Positions 16,540 through 25,733 of a DNA stretch of 33,000 nucleotides are shown in pieces (the first letter of the stretch is position 1; each line of letters begins with the position of its first letter). The stretch is from IMG/VR virus record IMGVR_UViG_3300007643_000036, positions 1 through 33,000 of that record. The stretch is one strand, 5' to 3'. The notes under the pieces were generated by a model. The model was not told the origin of the DNA. It was given only the letters and a program-made list of their open reading frames with translations, and did not search any database. Source of the DNA: a virus. Lineage: Duplodnaviria > Caudoviricetes. A program made the translations under genes and the position numbers.

Positions 16540-16760
16540 ACGAGGCGAGCGCAAAACCGTTTGTTCAATCGCTTTTTGAAATTGCGGTTGGGATTTGGGG
16601 CTGGACGCCGGATCAGTTTTGGCAGTGTCGTCCCGGCGATTTCTGGTGGGCATATCTTTCCAAGATTCCGGCAGAAGTGCGTGAGCGACCAAATAAAAAC
16701 GCTCGCCTCTACGAAATGCTGAAAGAAGCGAAAGCAAAAGAGGCAATGGAAAATGGCTAA
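16530..16760 (+). CDS. gpT-like extension reached by -1 ribosomal frameshift
   Basis: Slippery heptamer A AAA AAG at 16530-16536. The -1 frame is open: KVDEASAKPFVQSLFEIAVGIWGWTPDQFWQCRPGDFW...AMENG*, stop at 16758-16760. Not in the ORF track. Confidence 0.8.
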   Translation, partial: KKVDEASAKPFVQSLFEIAVGIWGWTPDQFWQCRPGDFWWAYLSKIPAEVRERPNKNARLYEMLKEAKAKEAMENG

Positions 16761-18507
16761 AGTTGTTGGTGATATTGCCATTTCCGTTGGCGCTGACGTT
16801 TCCCCGCTTGAACGTGACATGGCGCGCGGTGGGCGTTCTGTTGATAAGTTCGGCAGGAAGTTTAGCGCACAGACAGCCAAGATGGAAAGAATGGCGAAGC
16901 GGGTTGCGGTTGCGTTCGCTGGTATTACGGTTGCGGCTGGTGCGTTGGCGGCGACTGCAAATGTGGTGTTCGACTATACGAAAAATCTGCGGGATTTTTC
17001 ACAGGTTGCCGGGGTTGGCGTTGAGCGTTTTCAATCGCTGACCTATGCGGCCAGTCAATACGGTATTAGCCAAGAAAAACTTTCAGACATTTTGAAAGAC
17101 GTGAACGACAAGCTGGGCGATTTTGCCCAAACGGGCGGCGGTCCAATGCTGGACTTCTTTGAAAACATTGCCCCTAAAGTCGGCGTGACAATTGAGCAAT
17201 TCCGCAGGCTGAACAGCGCGGACGCATTGGCGCTTTATGTTGATAGCCTTGAGCGCGCGAACGTCAGCCAAGCGGACATGACATTTTACATGGAGGCCAT
17301 TGCAAACGACGCAACACGGCTAATTCCATTGCTGGCCAACAATGCTTCCGAAATGAACCGCCTTGAGGGCGCGGCGTCAGAATTGGGCGTGGTGATTGGC
17401 GAAGAGTTGGTTGACCGGACCGCCAGAATGGCGAACGTCTGGAATACGCTTGTTGATAGCATGCGCGCCAAGTTTGTTTCGTTTGCCTCGATGGTCCTGG
17501 TCGGCTTGGATAACATATTCGGTATTACCGATCAGGGCGTGATTTCCAATCAGCGCGCTTTGCTTCTTAGGCTAAATTCTGAGCGCGCAGAGGTTGCAAA
17601 CCAAATTCGCGACGAGCAGGAGCGCGGGACGCGGTCGGTCATTGGTCCCGCCAACACGGAGATTGAGCGACTTCAAGGCGTGCTTGAGGCGATTAACGAA
17701 GAATACGAAATCGTTAACCAAGAAATCAACCGCATTGAAACGGCAATGACAGAGCGCGAAGCGGCAGAGGCGCGGCTTGCGGAGGCATTGGCAAACGAAG
17801 GCGGCGGCGCAGAGACGCCCGGCGGTGGTGGAGGTGGCGGCGGCACCAGAGGCCCGTCTGAAACCGATCTGGAGCGGCTAAAGGATGGCTTTGCGTCTGA
17901 ACGTGAAATCATCATTGCCGATTACGAGGAAAAACAAGCTCTGCTGCAAGACTTTTTGGAACAGAAGCGACTGACGCAAGAAGAATACAATGAGTTAGAG
18001 GCAAAACTACAGGCCGACCACAACCAGCGAATGAAAGACCTTGAACAAGCCAAGCGCGCGGCAACGCTGCAAGGTTTAAGCGGTATGTTTAGCGACCTAT
18101 CAAGCCTTATGTCCTCGGAGAATAGTAAGCTGTTTAAGATTGGTCAGGCGGCTGCGATTGCTGACGCAACGGTCACTGGATACCAAGCAGCGGTTGAGGC
18201 TTGGGAAAAGGGGATGAAAATCGGCGGTCCCGGCATGGCAGCGGCATTCACTGCGGCCTCGCTGGCCAAGACAGGCTCCCTCATTGCTGGCATCGCGTCA
18301 CAGAGTCCGACAGGCGGTGGCGGAGGCGCTCCCGCTACAGGCGGCGGAACTGGCGGCGGCGTTACAACACCCACACCAGGAACATACTACAACGTCAACC
18401 TGCAAGGCGAAGGCAATATCAGTCGCGGCGCGGTTCGCGGTTTGATCGGAATGATCAATGACGAGATTGAGGACGGTGCAGTTCTTAAAGGGATTACGGT
18501 GAACTAA
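16753..18507 (+). CDS. Tail tape measure protein
   Basis: 584-aa helical Ala-rich protein after the chaperones; starts VVGDIAISVGAD; contains DILKDVNDKLGDFAQTGGG. Confidence 0.85.
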   Translation: MAKVVGDIAISVGADVSPLERDMARGGRSVDKFGRKFSAQTAKMERMAKRVAVAFAGITVAAGALAATANVVFDYTKNLRDFSQVAGVGVERFQSLTYAASQYGISQEKLSDILKDVNDKLGDFAQTGGGPMLDFFENIAPKVGVTIEQFRRLNSADALALYVDSLERANVSQADMTFYMEAIANDATRLIPLLANNASEMNRLEGAASELGVVIGEELVDRTARMANVWNTLVDSMRAKFVSFASMVLVGLDNIFGITDQGVISNQRALLLRLNSERAEVANQIRDEQERGTRSVIGPANTEIERLQGVLEAINEEYEIVNQEINRIETAMTEREAAEARLAEALANEGGGAETPGGGGGGGGTRGPSETDLERLKDGFASEREIIIADYEEKQALLQDFLEQKRLTQEEYNELEAKLQADHNQRMKDLEQAKRAATLQGLSGMFSDLSSLMSSENSKLFKIGQAAAIADATVTGYQAAVEAWEKGMKIGGPGMAAAFTAASLAKTGSLIAGIASQSPTGGGGGAPATGGGTGGGVTTPTPGTYYNVNLQGEGNISRGAVRGLIGMINDEIEDGAVLKGITVN

Positions 18508-19310
18508 TGGGCGTTATTATGCAGTCAAGCTATTCGCTGCCGGGTAGCGATCAGCCGCTGACACACGCGCGAATTGCGCATTCTGGAAACTGGCTGGCGG
18601 GCGGAACTGTCGCGGCAAGCACAACGGACGCTGATTACTTCGCTGACGGGCCGACAAACAGCCTGACCTATGAAAAATGGAAGCCAACAAGCCTTTCAGC
18701 AACGTGGGAATATGACCACGGCAGCGCGGCAGAATGCGATTATTGCGTGATCGGTGCGCACACTATGGGGACCAACGGAAACACGCTGCAAATCCAGTAT
18801 TATAACGGCTCAAGCTGGACGGGTGTTATTCCTTCGACTGCAATCACCACTGACATGCCTATTATGGCAATCTTTGGGGCGCAAACCCGTCAACGCTGGC
18901 GGATACAGGTTTCGAACGGCACTGCCCCATCAATCGGCGTGATAAAGTTTGGCAGCGCGCTTCAAATGCCGCAGGCGATCTATGGTGGACATTCCCCTGT
19001 TGATTTGGCGCGTCAAACCGTCTTGCGCACCAACATTTCGGAAACGGGCGAGTTTCAGGGGAGGTCAAAAATCCGTGCAACCATGCAAGGGGCATTTGAC
19101 TGGACGCATATCAAGGCAGATTGGGTCAGGACAAACTGGCGTCCTTTCCAACTGGCGATTGAGACTGAACCGTTTTTCATCGCGTGGCGTCCTGAGACAT
19201 TCTCAGAGGTTGCGCTTTGCTACACCACCCAAAGCCCAACGGCTGCGAATATGGGGGTTAAGGATTATATGCAGCTTGGCCTGCAAGTAACGGCGCGCGG
19301 CTATGACTGA
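18507..19310 (+). CDS. Putative distal tail protein
   Basis: Directly after the tape measure gene; beta-rich; ends with PFFIAWRP. Confidence 0.65.
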   Translation: MGVIMQSSYSLPGSDQPLTHARIAHSGNWLAGGTVAASTTDADYFADGPTNSLTYEKWKPTSLSATWEYDHGSAAECDYCVIGAHTMGTNGNTLQIQYYNGSSWTGVIPSTAITTDMPIMAIFGAQTRQRWRIQVSNGTAPSIGVIKFGSALQMPQAIYGGHSPVDLARQTVLRTNISETGEFQGRSKIRATMQGAFDWTHIKADWVRTNWRPFQLAIETEPFFIAWRPETFSEVALCYTTQSPTAANMGVKDYMQLGLQVTARGYD

Positions 19311-22089
19311 ATCTACGCCCGGTCGTGAGCCGGTTCAGATTGTCGAAATGTACCAGCCGAAGTGCGGGAATGACTTTGGCTGCGGATCCTGCCGTGCTGG
19401 TTTGGGAACGACAGATGCTGCCTCTACCATTGCGCGTGATTTCGCAAATGGGGCAGGTGAGTGGACTGGGACGAGGGTAGATATAACCGAAATATTCGGT
19501 GGCCTAAATATTGCAGCAAACGACGCAGACCCACTCTTTCACGTCAATCCGGCTTCAACGGGCTTTGACGGGGATGACTTCCGATATGTTGTGGTGTGTG
19601 GGCGGCTAAATTGGACGCCTTCCAATCACGAGTGGACGATACTTTATGGGAACTCAGGGGCCAGCATTGCTTCATCCAGAAGCATGACTGCTCTGAACCT
19701 GTCGACGTCATTTCGGGGCGTTGCTCTTAACACACTTGAATCCGGTGATGAGTTTGTCGCGGTCTTTGATGCCAGCGATAGCACGGACTACGCGACGGAA
19801 TGGCAGGGCCAAACCGTAACGCGCTTGCGCTTTGACATTTCGGTGGATTCTTCGACGGATTTTGACATTCATTCAATCGCCATTTGCGACAAGAATTTAA
19901 TTGCCTCAGAGGGGACTGAATGCTTTCGGACACGGGCAACGTGTCGTGACCATGATCGGTTTCGCTTTCAGCCGGAAAGCCTGTTTGAGCCGGATCAAGT
20001 TCTAAAAACTGGCGACGTTGTGACTGTTGACGGAACGGCGCGCGCGAATGACATTTTCGCCGCTGCGGTTGTGAATTTCGGCACTGATCCTGACGGGGTA
20101 ATTTGGGAGCAGGGGGCCGCTGCTACTGGTTCATTTCTCGGTGTGACCTCGGGGAATATCGTTTGGCGGGTTGGGGATGGCGCGTCTGGGACGCCTGCCA
20201 ATGGCGCAAAGGTCAGCACATCGGCTAGCCCTTACGACGATAAATCGGGCATTCTGTTTGCCGCTGCAAATGTGTCGGAAAACTCTTGCGCGCTCTGGTT
20301 TTGGGATGATCAAGCGCGAACGGTGACATTGCTCGGGGAAAACACCGCGTCAGGTTCGTTTACCGATTGGGCTGGCACTGCTGACGGCGGCATCGGCCAT
20401 ATGGAGGTTAACCAACCAGCGGGTGAATCAACGGCAGACTTCACGGGGTCGATTGGTGAGGTTCGGTTGTATCACAGCACCAGCGCACCGCGAATGGATG
20501 CGGATTTTGTAACAAAGCTTTGGTTCTCGCGGGGCAATTTGGGTGACAGGGATATAAGCGACGCGCCATATATCATTCCCTCGCTTCGCTCTGTCTCAAC
20601 CACGCCGACGCGGATCAATCTATCAACGGCCAACCGTGACGCGGCAGGGCTTGGCAACAGGGCTGTTTGTAACCTCAGCTTTGAGGACCACCCGCACACC
20701 GACGCGCGCCTTGATCCCTATCTTGTAAGTCGGTCTTACACGCCGCTAACGCAGGGCAGCTTTTGGTCAAAGTGGATGGTGCGGAATAAATACCGCTACA
20801 ACATGCTGCTGCGGGTTTATGAGGGCTACAACGGGCAAACATTAGCGCAGATGCGCAATCGGTCGTATATTCTTACCAACGCCAGCGGTCCCGGCAGCGA
20901 TGGGCGCGTGACCCTTCAAGGCAAAGACGTGCTTGCCAAACTTGAGGAACGCAAAGCGCAGGCACCCGAAGCCTCGCCCGGCGGTCTTTATGCCGACCTG
21001 ACGGACAGCGCCACGTCCTTTACTGTAGCAGGGGCGGCCCTTGATGACTACGAGCAGCCCAGTGGCACGGTGCGCATCAACGATGAGTTGATGACTTATA
21101 CGGGAGTTGCAACCGGGGTAAACGGCGTTGATTTCACGGGCGTCACACGGGAAACAGACGGCACAACTGCGGCAGCGCATTCAACGGATGACATTGTGCA
21201 AAGGTGCATCCGTTACACCAGCGAAAAAGCCAGCGATATTACAATTGACTTGCTGACAAATTGGGCAGGTGTTGGCTTATCGAATATCGACGCTGCGAAC
21301 TTTGGGACAGAGCAGGATAATTACCTTGCGGCCTACACCTTGTCGGCTGTTCTCAGCGTTCCAACGGCAGTCACTAAGCTGATTTCGGAACTACAGGAGC
21401 AGGTCGGATTTTATATCTGGTGGGACGAACGGCTTGCAAAGGTAAAAATGAAGGCGGTGCGTGGCCTGACAGACACGCCTGAAACGCTCACGGAAGAAAA
21501 CAACATAATGGCCGGATCGTTTTCGATTGCGGACATGCCCAAAAGCCGGATTTCTCAGTATTGGCTTTACTACAACCTACGTGAGCCGACGCTTTCACTG
21601 TCCGACAGCACCAACTTCGCCAATGTCAATGTTCAGGCTGATTTGCCGAGTGAAACGCCTGCGCAATATGGGGAAAAGTCAGTCAAGAAAGTGTTTTCCC
21701 GGTGGTTGTCCACAAGCGCGCTTGCCCTGTCGACCGCTTCCAAGACAATCACCAGGTATGCAGATGTTCCGCGTCAGTGTTCTTTCCGAATGGACGCAAA
21801 AGACCGGGCCTACTGGGTTGGGGATACTGTTCAAATATCTCACTCGCTCGATGTTGATGAATACGGCCAGCGCCGCAAGGCGATTTGGACAATCATTAGC
21901 GCCGAAGAAAAGTTGCCCGGTGAGGTTGTGGAATACGTTGCCGAGGACACAACGCTATATGGCGGCATTGCAGTTATTCAGGCAGGCGGATCACCGGATT
22001 ATTTCGCAGGCGCAAGCACATTCAAGGCATGGATCGGGGACGCCTCCGGCCTGCTTTCAGACGGCAGTGATTCAACGAGGATATCATGA
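19303..22089 (+). CDS. Tail tip/hub protein with Cys-rich N-terminus and inserted beta-rich domains
   Basis: 928 aa; Cys motifs (CGNDFGCGSC, CFRTRATC); position in the tail-tip module. Confidence 0.75.
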   Translation: MTESTPGREPVQIVEMYQPKCGNDFGCGSCRAGLGTTDAASTIARDFANGAGEWTGTRVDITEIFGGLNIAANDADPLFHVNPASTGFDGDDFRYVVVCGRLNWTPSNHEWTILYGNSGASIASSRSMTALNLSTSFRGVALNTLESGDEFVAVFDASDSTDYATEWQGQTVTRLRFDISVDSSTDFDIHSIAICDKNLIASEGTECFRTRATCRDHDRFRFQPESLFEPDQVLKTGDVVTVDGTARANDIFAAAVVNFGTDPDGVIWEQGAAATGSFLGVTSGNIVWRVGDGASGTPANGAKVSTSASPYDDKSGILFAAANVSENSCALWFWDDQARTVTLLGENTASGSFTDWAGTADGGIGHMEVNQPAGESTADFTGSIGEVRLYHSTSAPRMDADFVTKLWFSRGNLGDRDISDAPYIIPSLRSVSTTPTRINLSTANRDAAGLGNRAVCNLSFEDHPHTDARLDPYLVSRSYTPLTQGSFWSKWMVRNKYRYNMLLRVYEGYNGQTLAQMRNRSYILTNASGPGSDGRVTLQGKDVLAKLEERKAQAPEASPGGLYADLTDSATSFTVAGAALDDYEQPSGTVRINDELMTYTGVATGVNGVDFTGVTRETDGTTAAAHSTDDIVQRCIRYTSEKASDITIDLLTNWAGVGLSNIDAANFGTEQDNYLAAYTLSAVLSVPTAVTKLISELQEQVGFYIWWDERLAKVKMKAVRGLTDTPETLTEENNIMAGSFSIADMPKSRISQYWLYYNLREPTLSLSDSTNFANVNVQADLPSETPAQYGEKSVKKVFSRWLSTSALALSTASKTITRYADVPRQCSFRMDAKDRAYWVGDTVQISHSLDVDEYGQRRKAIWTIISAEEKLPGEVVEYVAEDTTLYGGIAVIQAGGSPDYFAGASTFKAWIGDASGLLSDGSDSTRIS

Positions 22090-22619
22090 CAACTTACACC
22101 ACCATTCCAGATACTGACGTTGATCAGGACAGCCCTGTTACAGTTCCACTGATGACTGCCTTGCGCGACAATCCAACCGCTGTAACTGAGGGGGCTTCCG
22201 GCGCACCACGGATCGACGGGAAGGCGCTCGGAACGCACATTGCGGATGTTTCATTCACCACCACGGCAGGCGAATGCCTTCTTGTTGATGGTCACGAGCT
22301 TATTCAACTGAAGGGCTATGCTGATTTCTCTGGCGCGGGGGCTTTGCAAATCAGCTTTACGGCCAATGGCGGCAGTTCGTGGAATAGTTGGCAGGGGGTA
22401 AACTCCCAAGTCTCCGGCGTTGGGAAAGTGGCGTTTGATATGGAAATTAACTTAAACAACGGCGGGTTTCTTGGCTTCTTTTGGGAGGCTGCAAGCGGCG
22501 TGGAGGTGAATATTTCATCGCTCACCATTCCGTCAAACCCTGATGGCGTTCGATTGAGATTCAGCTTGGGCGGCACAACCAGTATGGCGCGCATTCGTGG
22601 CTTGGGCGAGGTGGCATGA
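22086..22619 (+). CDS. Putative tail fibre / receptor-binding protein
   Basis: N-terminal adaptor DVDQDSPVT..LMTALRDNP.A..EGASGAPRI followed by a beta-rich C-terminal domain. Confidence 0.6.
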   Translation: MTTYTTIPDTDVDQDSPVTVPLMTALRDNPTAVTEGASGAPRIDGKALGTHIADVSFTTTAGECLLVDGHELIQLKGYADFSGAGALQISFTANGGSSWNSWQGVNSQVSGVGKVAFDMEINLNNGGFLGFFWEAASGVEVNISSLTIPSNPDGVRLRFSLGGTTSMARIRGLGEVA

Positions 22620-22921
22620 TGAACCTATTCACAGCACTGGCGTTGCTGGTTGGCGCGCTTCAACTTCTCGACCTTTATACAACCATTCGGATAATTCGGG
22701 CTGGCGGTTATGAAAAAACCCCGCTTGTCATTCGGCTGATGGAGCGTTTTGGCATGGTTGGCGGGATATTGGTTGCAAAAGCAATAAGCGGGGCGCTGAT
22801 TTACGCCCTTTGGCGTTATTCGGACGTTTGGCCGGAGGCAACGCTTATTGGCTTGGTGGCAATGCTTGTTTTCACCGCGAAGACGGTGCTTGGCAACTTC
22901 AAGGTGATACGGAGACAATGA
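22616..22921 (+). CDS. Membrane protein (DUF5658-like)
   Basis: LQLLDLYTT...GGYEKTP motif; about 3 hydrophobic segments. Confidence 0.6.
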   Translation: MMNLFTALALLVGALQLLDLYTTIRIIRAGGYEKTPLVIRLMERFGMVGGILVAKAISGALIYALWRYSDVWPEATLIGLVAMLVFTAKTVLGNFKVIRRQ

Positions 22922-23160
22922 GTATGACGGATGAAGAAAAAGCGCAGCTTCAACGCTCGCTGGAGATTGCCGAAAAGCTGAACGCAGCCTTATTTCATCC
23001 AAGCGCAGACGGGCAACCGCCGATGATGGATCGAATATCGGTCATTGTTGTCGGGGCCGAACGCGGATCATGGGCCGTGAAGTGGGCAACCAGAATAATG
23101 CTTGGCCTTGGCGCTGTTGTCGGGGCGATAGTCACCATTAAATCCGGTATCAGCAAATGA
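22918..23160 (+). CDS. Small protein with C-terminal TM segment (possible holin or antiholin)
   Basis: ATG 22918 with GGAG RBS; C-terminal hydrophobic helix. Confidence 0.6.
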   Translation: MSMTDEEKAQLQRSLEIAEKLNAALFHPSADGQPPMMDRISVIVVGAERGSWAVKWATRIMLGLGAVVGAIVTIKSGISK

Positions 23161-23588
23161 AGTATCACAATCCGAAGTGGTTCAAATTCGAAGGCACCTT
23201 GTCTGTGCTTATCTTGTTGGCGGCGCTGGCGTGGTTGGCCGTTCCAACGCGCCTGCTCTACAATCCAAGTTCTGTTTTGATCGACGGGTATCAGGTGACG
23301 GTTTATCGGACCTTCCCGCTTTCACCGCCATTCAGAATGCCAATTATCCGCTACGCTGAAACCGTGCGGCCTGTGATTGGGCCGATGGTTTGCCACGATC
23401 CAAACGGCTCTACCGGATTTCGATATAGAGACAACGGACAACCAGCAGCACAATGGGACATCAAGCAATGGGCGGCACCCTGCATGAAGGGCGCATATGT
23501 TTGGTCGGCGCGCTGGACTGCCTTGCTGTTTGGCGTGATTCCGCTTCGCCCGGTTGAACTAACAACGGTTATCGAACCTACACAATAA
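23157..23588 (+). CDS. Membrane-anchored hypothetical protein
   Basis: N-terminal TM segment and a predicted periplasmic domain with two Cys; coupled start. Confidence 0.65.
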   Translation: MKYHNPKWFKFEGTLSVLILLAALAWLAVPTRLLYNPSSVLIDGYQVTVYRTFPLSPPFRMPIIRYAETVRPVIGPMVCHDPNGSTGFRYRDNGQPAAQWDIKQWAAPCMKGAYVWSARWTALLFGVIPLRPVELTTVIEPTQ

Positions 23589-23605
23589 ATCAGGAGGGTT
23601 GCCAG

Positions 23606-23647
23606 ATGAGCAACTACAATGCAGCGATTCTGCAAGCGGCAGAGTGA
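23606..23647 (+). CDS. 13-aa mini-ORF (MSNYNAAILQAAE) coupled to the holin
   Basis: AGGAGG (23592-23597) lies 8 nt before ATG 23606, and its TGA overlaps the holin ATG (TGATG). Confidence 0.45.
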   Translation: MSNYNAAILQAAE

Positions 23648-23859
23648 TGCTCAGTAATTGGAAAGACATTCTGAAACGAGCATGGTCGATAAGGCTGATC
23701 ATCTTGGCGGGAATTTTGTCCGGCGCTGAAATCAGCCTGCCCCTGATCGAACCCTTCTTTGACATTCCACGCGGCGTGTTCGCTGGCCTGTCTTTCGTAG
23801 CCACGACCGGTGCTTTTATTGCGCGGCTATTGGCCCAAGCAAACCTACCAGATGAATGA
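23647..23859 (+). CDS. Putative holin (2 TM)
   Basis: NWKDILKRAWSIRL...ARLLAQ pattern; two TM segments; directly before the endolysin. Confidence 0.7.
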   Translation: MLSNWKDILKRAWSIRLIILAGILSGAEISLPLIEPFFDIPRGVFAGLSFVATTGAFIARLLAQANLPDE

Positions 23860-23867
23860 GGTGAAGG

Positions 23868-24341
23868 ATGCGACGTAGAGGTAAGATAGCGGTTGCTGGG
23901 TCTGCTACGGCGGTCACACTGGCCGCTTTTGTCGGGGTGTGGGAGGGACTGCGGACTGAGGCATATCTTGATGCAGTTCAGGTGCCGACGATTTGCTATG
24001 GCGAAACACTGGGCGTTCAATTGGGCGACACAGCGTCGGTCGCGGAATGCGACGCCATGCTGGTTGCCCGGCTGTCGCAGTTTGAGAGTGAGCTTAACAG
24101 ATGCCTGACCGACGAAGAAAACATTCCAGATGGTGCCAAGGTCGCTTTTGTATCTTGGGCTTATAATGTTGGGTCTGGTGCGGCGTGTCGTTCAACGCTG
24201 GTTCGCAAAGCAAACGCTGGTGATCTGGTTGGGGCGTGTAATGAATTGCCGCGATGGAACCGGGCAGGGGGCAGGGTTCTGCGTGGGTTGGTGCGGCGAA
24301 GGGCTGCGGAACGCGAAATTTGCCTGGATGCGGTGCAATGA
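23868..24341 (+). CDS. SAR endolysin, GH24 lysozyme
   Basis: Catalytic E-X8-D-X5-T in WEGLRTEAYLDAVQVPTICYG; AYNVG; GLVRRR; Ala/Gly-rich N-terminal SAR segment after basic residues. Confidence 0.92.
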   Translation: MRRRGKIAVAGSATAVTLAAFVGVWEGLRTEAYLDAVQVPTICYGETLGVQLGDTASVAECDAMLVARLSQFESELNRCLTDEENIPDGAKVAFVSWAYNVGSGAACRSTLVRKANAGDLVGACNELPRWNRAGGRVLRGLVRRRAAEREICLDAVQ

Positions 24342-24655
24342 TGTTCGCTTTACGCTTCCTGCCTTACGCAGTTTCAGGGCTTGCCGTAGCAGCGGTTTGG
24401 TGGCTCTGGGCCGATAGGGCTGCACTGCAAGCTGAGAACGCAGCGCAGGCGCGGGAATTGGTGGTTCAGGCGCATGTGCTGGAACAGGCGGCCGTCGCCC
24501 GTGACGTTGCACGTGCCGAAGCGGCGCGTATGGCGGAGAAAGCCGCTGAATTTGACAACATTCGTGAATTTATACTGAGGGGGCCAAATGATGAGCCGTT
24601 GCCTGATGCTTTGCGCGATATTCTTGACAGGTTGTTCGCAACAAATTCGGACTGA
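24338..24655 (+). CDS. Rz-like inner-membrane spanin
   Basis: N-terminal TM plus Ala-rich coiled coil; follows the endolysin. Confidence 0.75.
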   Translation: MMFALRFLPYAVSGLAVAAVWWLWADRAALQAENAAQARELVVQAHVLEQAAVARDVARAEAARMAEKAAEFDNIREFILRGPNDEPLPDALRDILDRLFATNSD

Positions 24656-24836
24656 ATATGTTGTTCCTGATGTGCCTGACGAACTGCGGCAACCCTGCTC
24701 TGTCGCGCAGCGCGACTACGATACGTTGCTGGATATTGCCCTGATCCTGACCGATCACGTTGAATGTCTGGAAACTGCAAACGGGCGCATTGTGGCGGTG
24801 GACGAAATTCTAACCAAAGCAGAGGGGCCGCAATGA
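24588..24836 (+). CDS. Rz1-like outer-membrane spanin lipoprotein
   Basis: Lipobox LTGC; VPDVPDELRQPC; overlaps the 3' end of Rz in another frame. Confidence 0.75.
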   Translation: MMSRCLMLCAIFLTGCSQQIRTEYVVPDVPDELRQPCSVAQRDYDTLLDIALILTDHVECLETANGRIVAVDEILTKAEGPQ

Positions 24837-25123
24837 TGCGCGCGTTTATCGTCGGGCTTTTGTTGAGCGCGCAGGGCGTTTTGGCTCAAGTCATACCGTG
24901 CAACGATCGCGAAGTGATTGCTGATAATCTCACCAACAATTTTGACGAACATCGGCTCGGCGCCGGCATGCGAAGCGAAACGATAATCGTTGAAGTATGG
25001 GCGTCACTGGAAAGTGGAACATTCACGGTTCTATTCACCGATGTAACTGGCCTGAGTTGCGTTCTCGCAACCGGAATTAACTGGACCAACTTCGACCCAA
25101 CGCCAGAAGGCGATCTAAACTAG
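24833..25123 (+). CDS. Small secreted protein with two cysteines (paralog of 5016..5297)
   Basis: Signal peptide; shares the C..R...L...F.E...G...E.WA..E.GT.T...T...G.SCV.A.G pattern. Confidence 0.75.
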   Translation: MMRAFIVGLLLSAQGVLAQVIPCNDREVIADNLTNNFDEHRLGAGMRSETIIVEVWASLESGTFTVLFTDVTGLSCVLATGINWTNFDPTPEGDLN

Positions 25124-25137
25124 CGAAAGGAAATGGC

Positions 25138-25299
25138 ATGGCAATTTTTGGAATTGTTCGAGATCTGAACGGTGTTCCCGTTTTTGACGATCCAGAAAAC
25201 GCACCGCCCGAAATGAAAGCGATGCTAACCGATGACGATATTCAGAAAATGCCTCTGGATATTGTCGAAAAACTTGGACTAACCCACAGGAGAAAATAA
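25138..25299 (+). CDS. 53-aa hypothetical protein
   Basis: Manual translation MAIFGIVRDLNGVPVFDDPENAPPEMK...LGLTHRRK; AAGGA RBS; below the ORF-track cutoff. Confidence 0.6.
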   Translation: MAIFGIVRDLNGVPVFDDPENAPPEMKAMLTDDDIQKMPLDIVEKLGLTHRRK

Positions 25300-25300
25300 A

Positions 25301-25681
25301 ATGGGTATCACTCTAACGACAGCTGCGCGCAATGCGCTTGCAAATGCTCTGGTAGATCTCTGCGATGCAGGGTCTTCTGAGGCAAACGGCCATCTTGTGA
25401 TTTTGTCTGCGGGAGACGTTGAGGTTGCGAAATTGCCCTTGAGCAACCCCGCATTCGGAAACTCTGCAACAGGCGTTGCAACTGCTGAAGCGATCACCTC
25501 TGACACCAGCGCTGCGGGGGGAACTGCTGCAAAGCACGTGTTTCAGGATCGGGACGACACCGAAGTCTGGCAGGGCAACGTCCAAACATCGGGCGGCGAT
25601 TTGAATATTTCCAGCCTGACCATCGGCGCGGGGTTCACTGTGTCTTGCTCCAGCTACACGGTCACGCAACCTGCGAGCTAA
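25301..25681 (+). CDS. Putative virion structural protein
   Basis: AGGAG RBS; TTAARNALANALVD...LSNPAFG...GTA pattern; small-residue-rich beta protein. Confidence 0.65.
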   Translation: MGITLTTAARNALANALVDLCDAGSSEANGHLVILSAGDVEVAKLPLSNPAFGNSATGVATAEAITSDTSAAGGTAAKHVFQDRDDTEVWQGNVQTSGGDLNISSLTIGAGFTVSCSSYTVTQPAS

Positions 25682-25733
25682 TCTATGCTTTGATGGATGG
25701 CCTCTGTGATCCACGCAAAATAAAGGGCGACAG

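Noticed and set aside
17808-18375. Gly-rich GGC runs in the tape measure gene
   Set aside because: Ordinary low-complexity linkers
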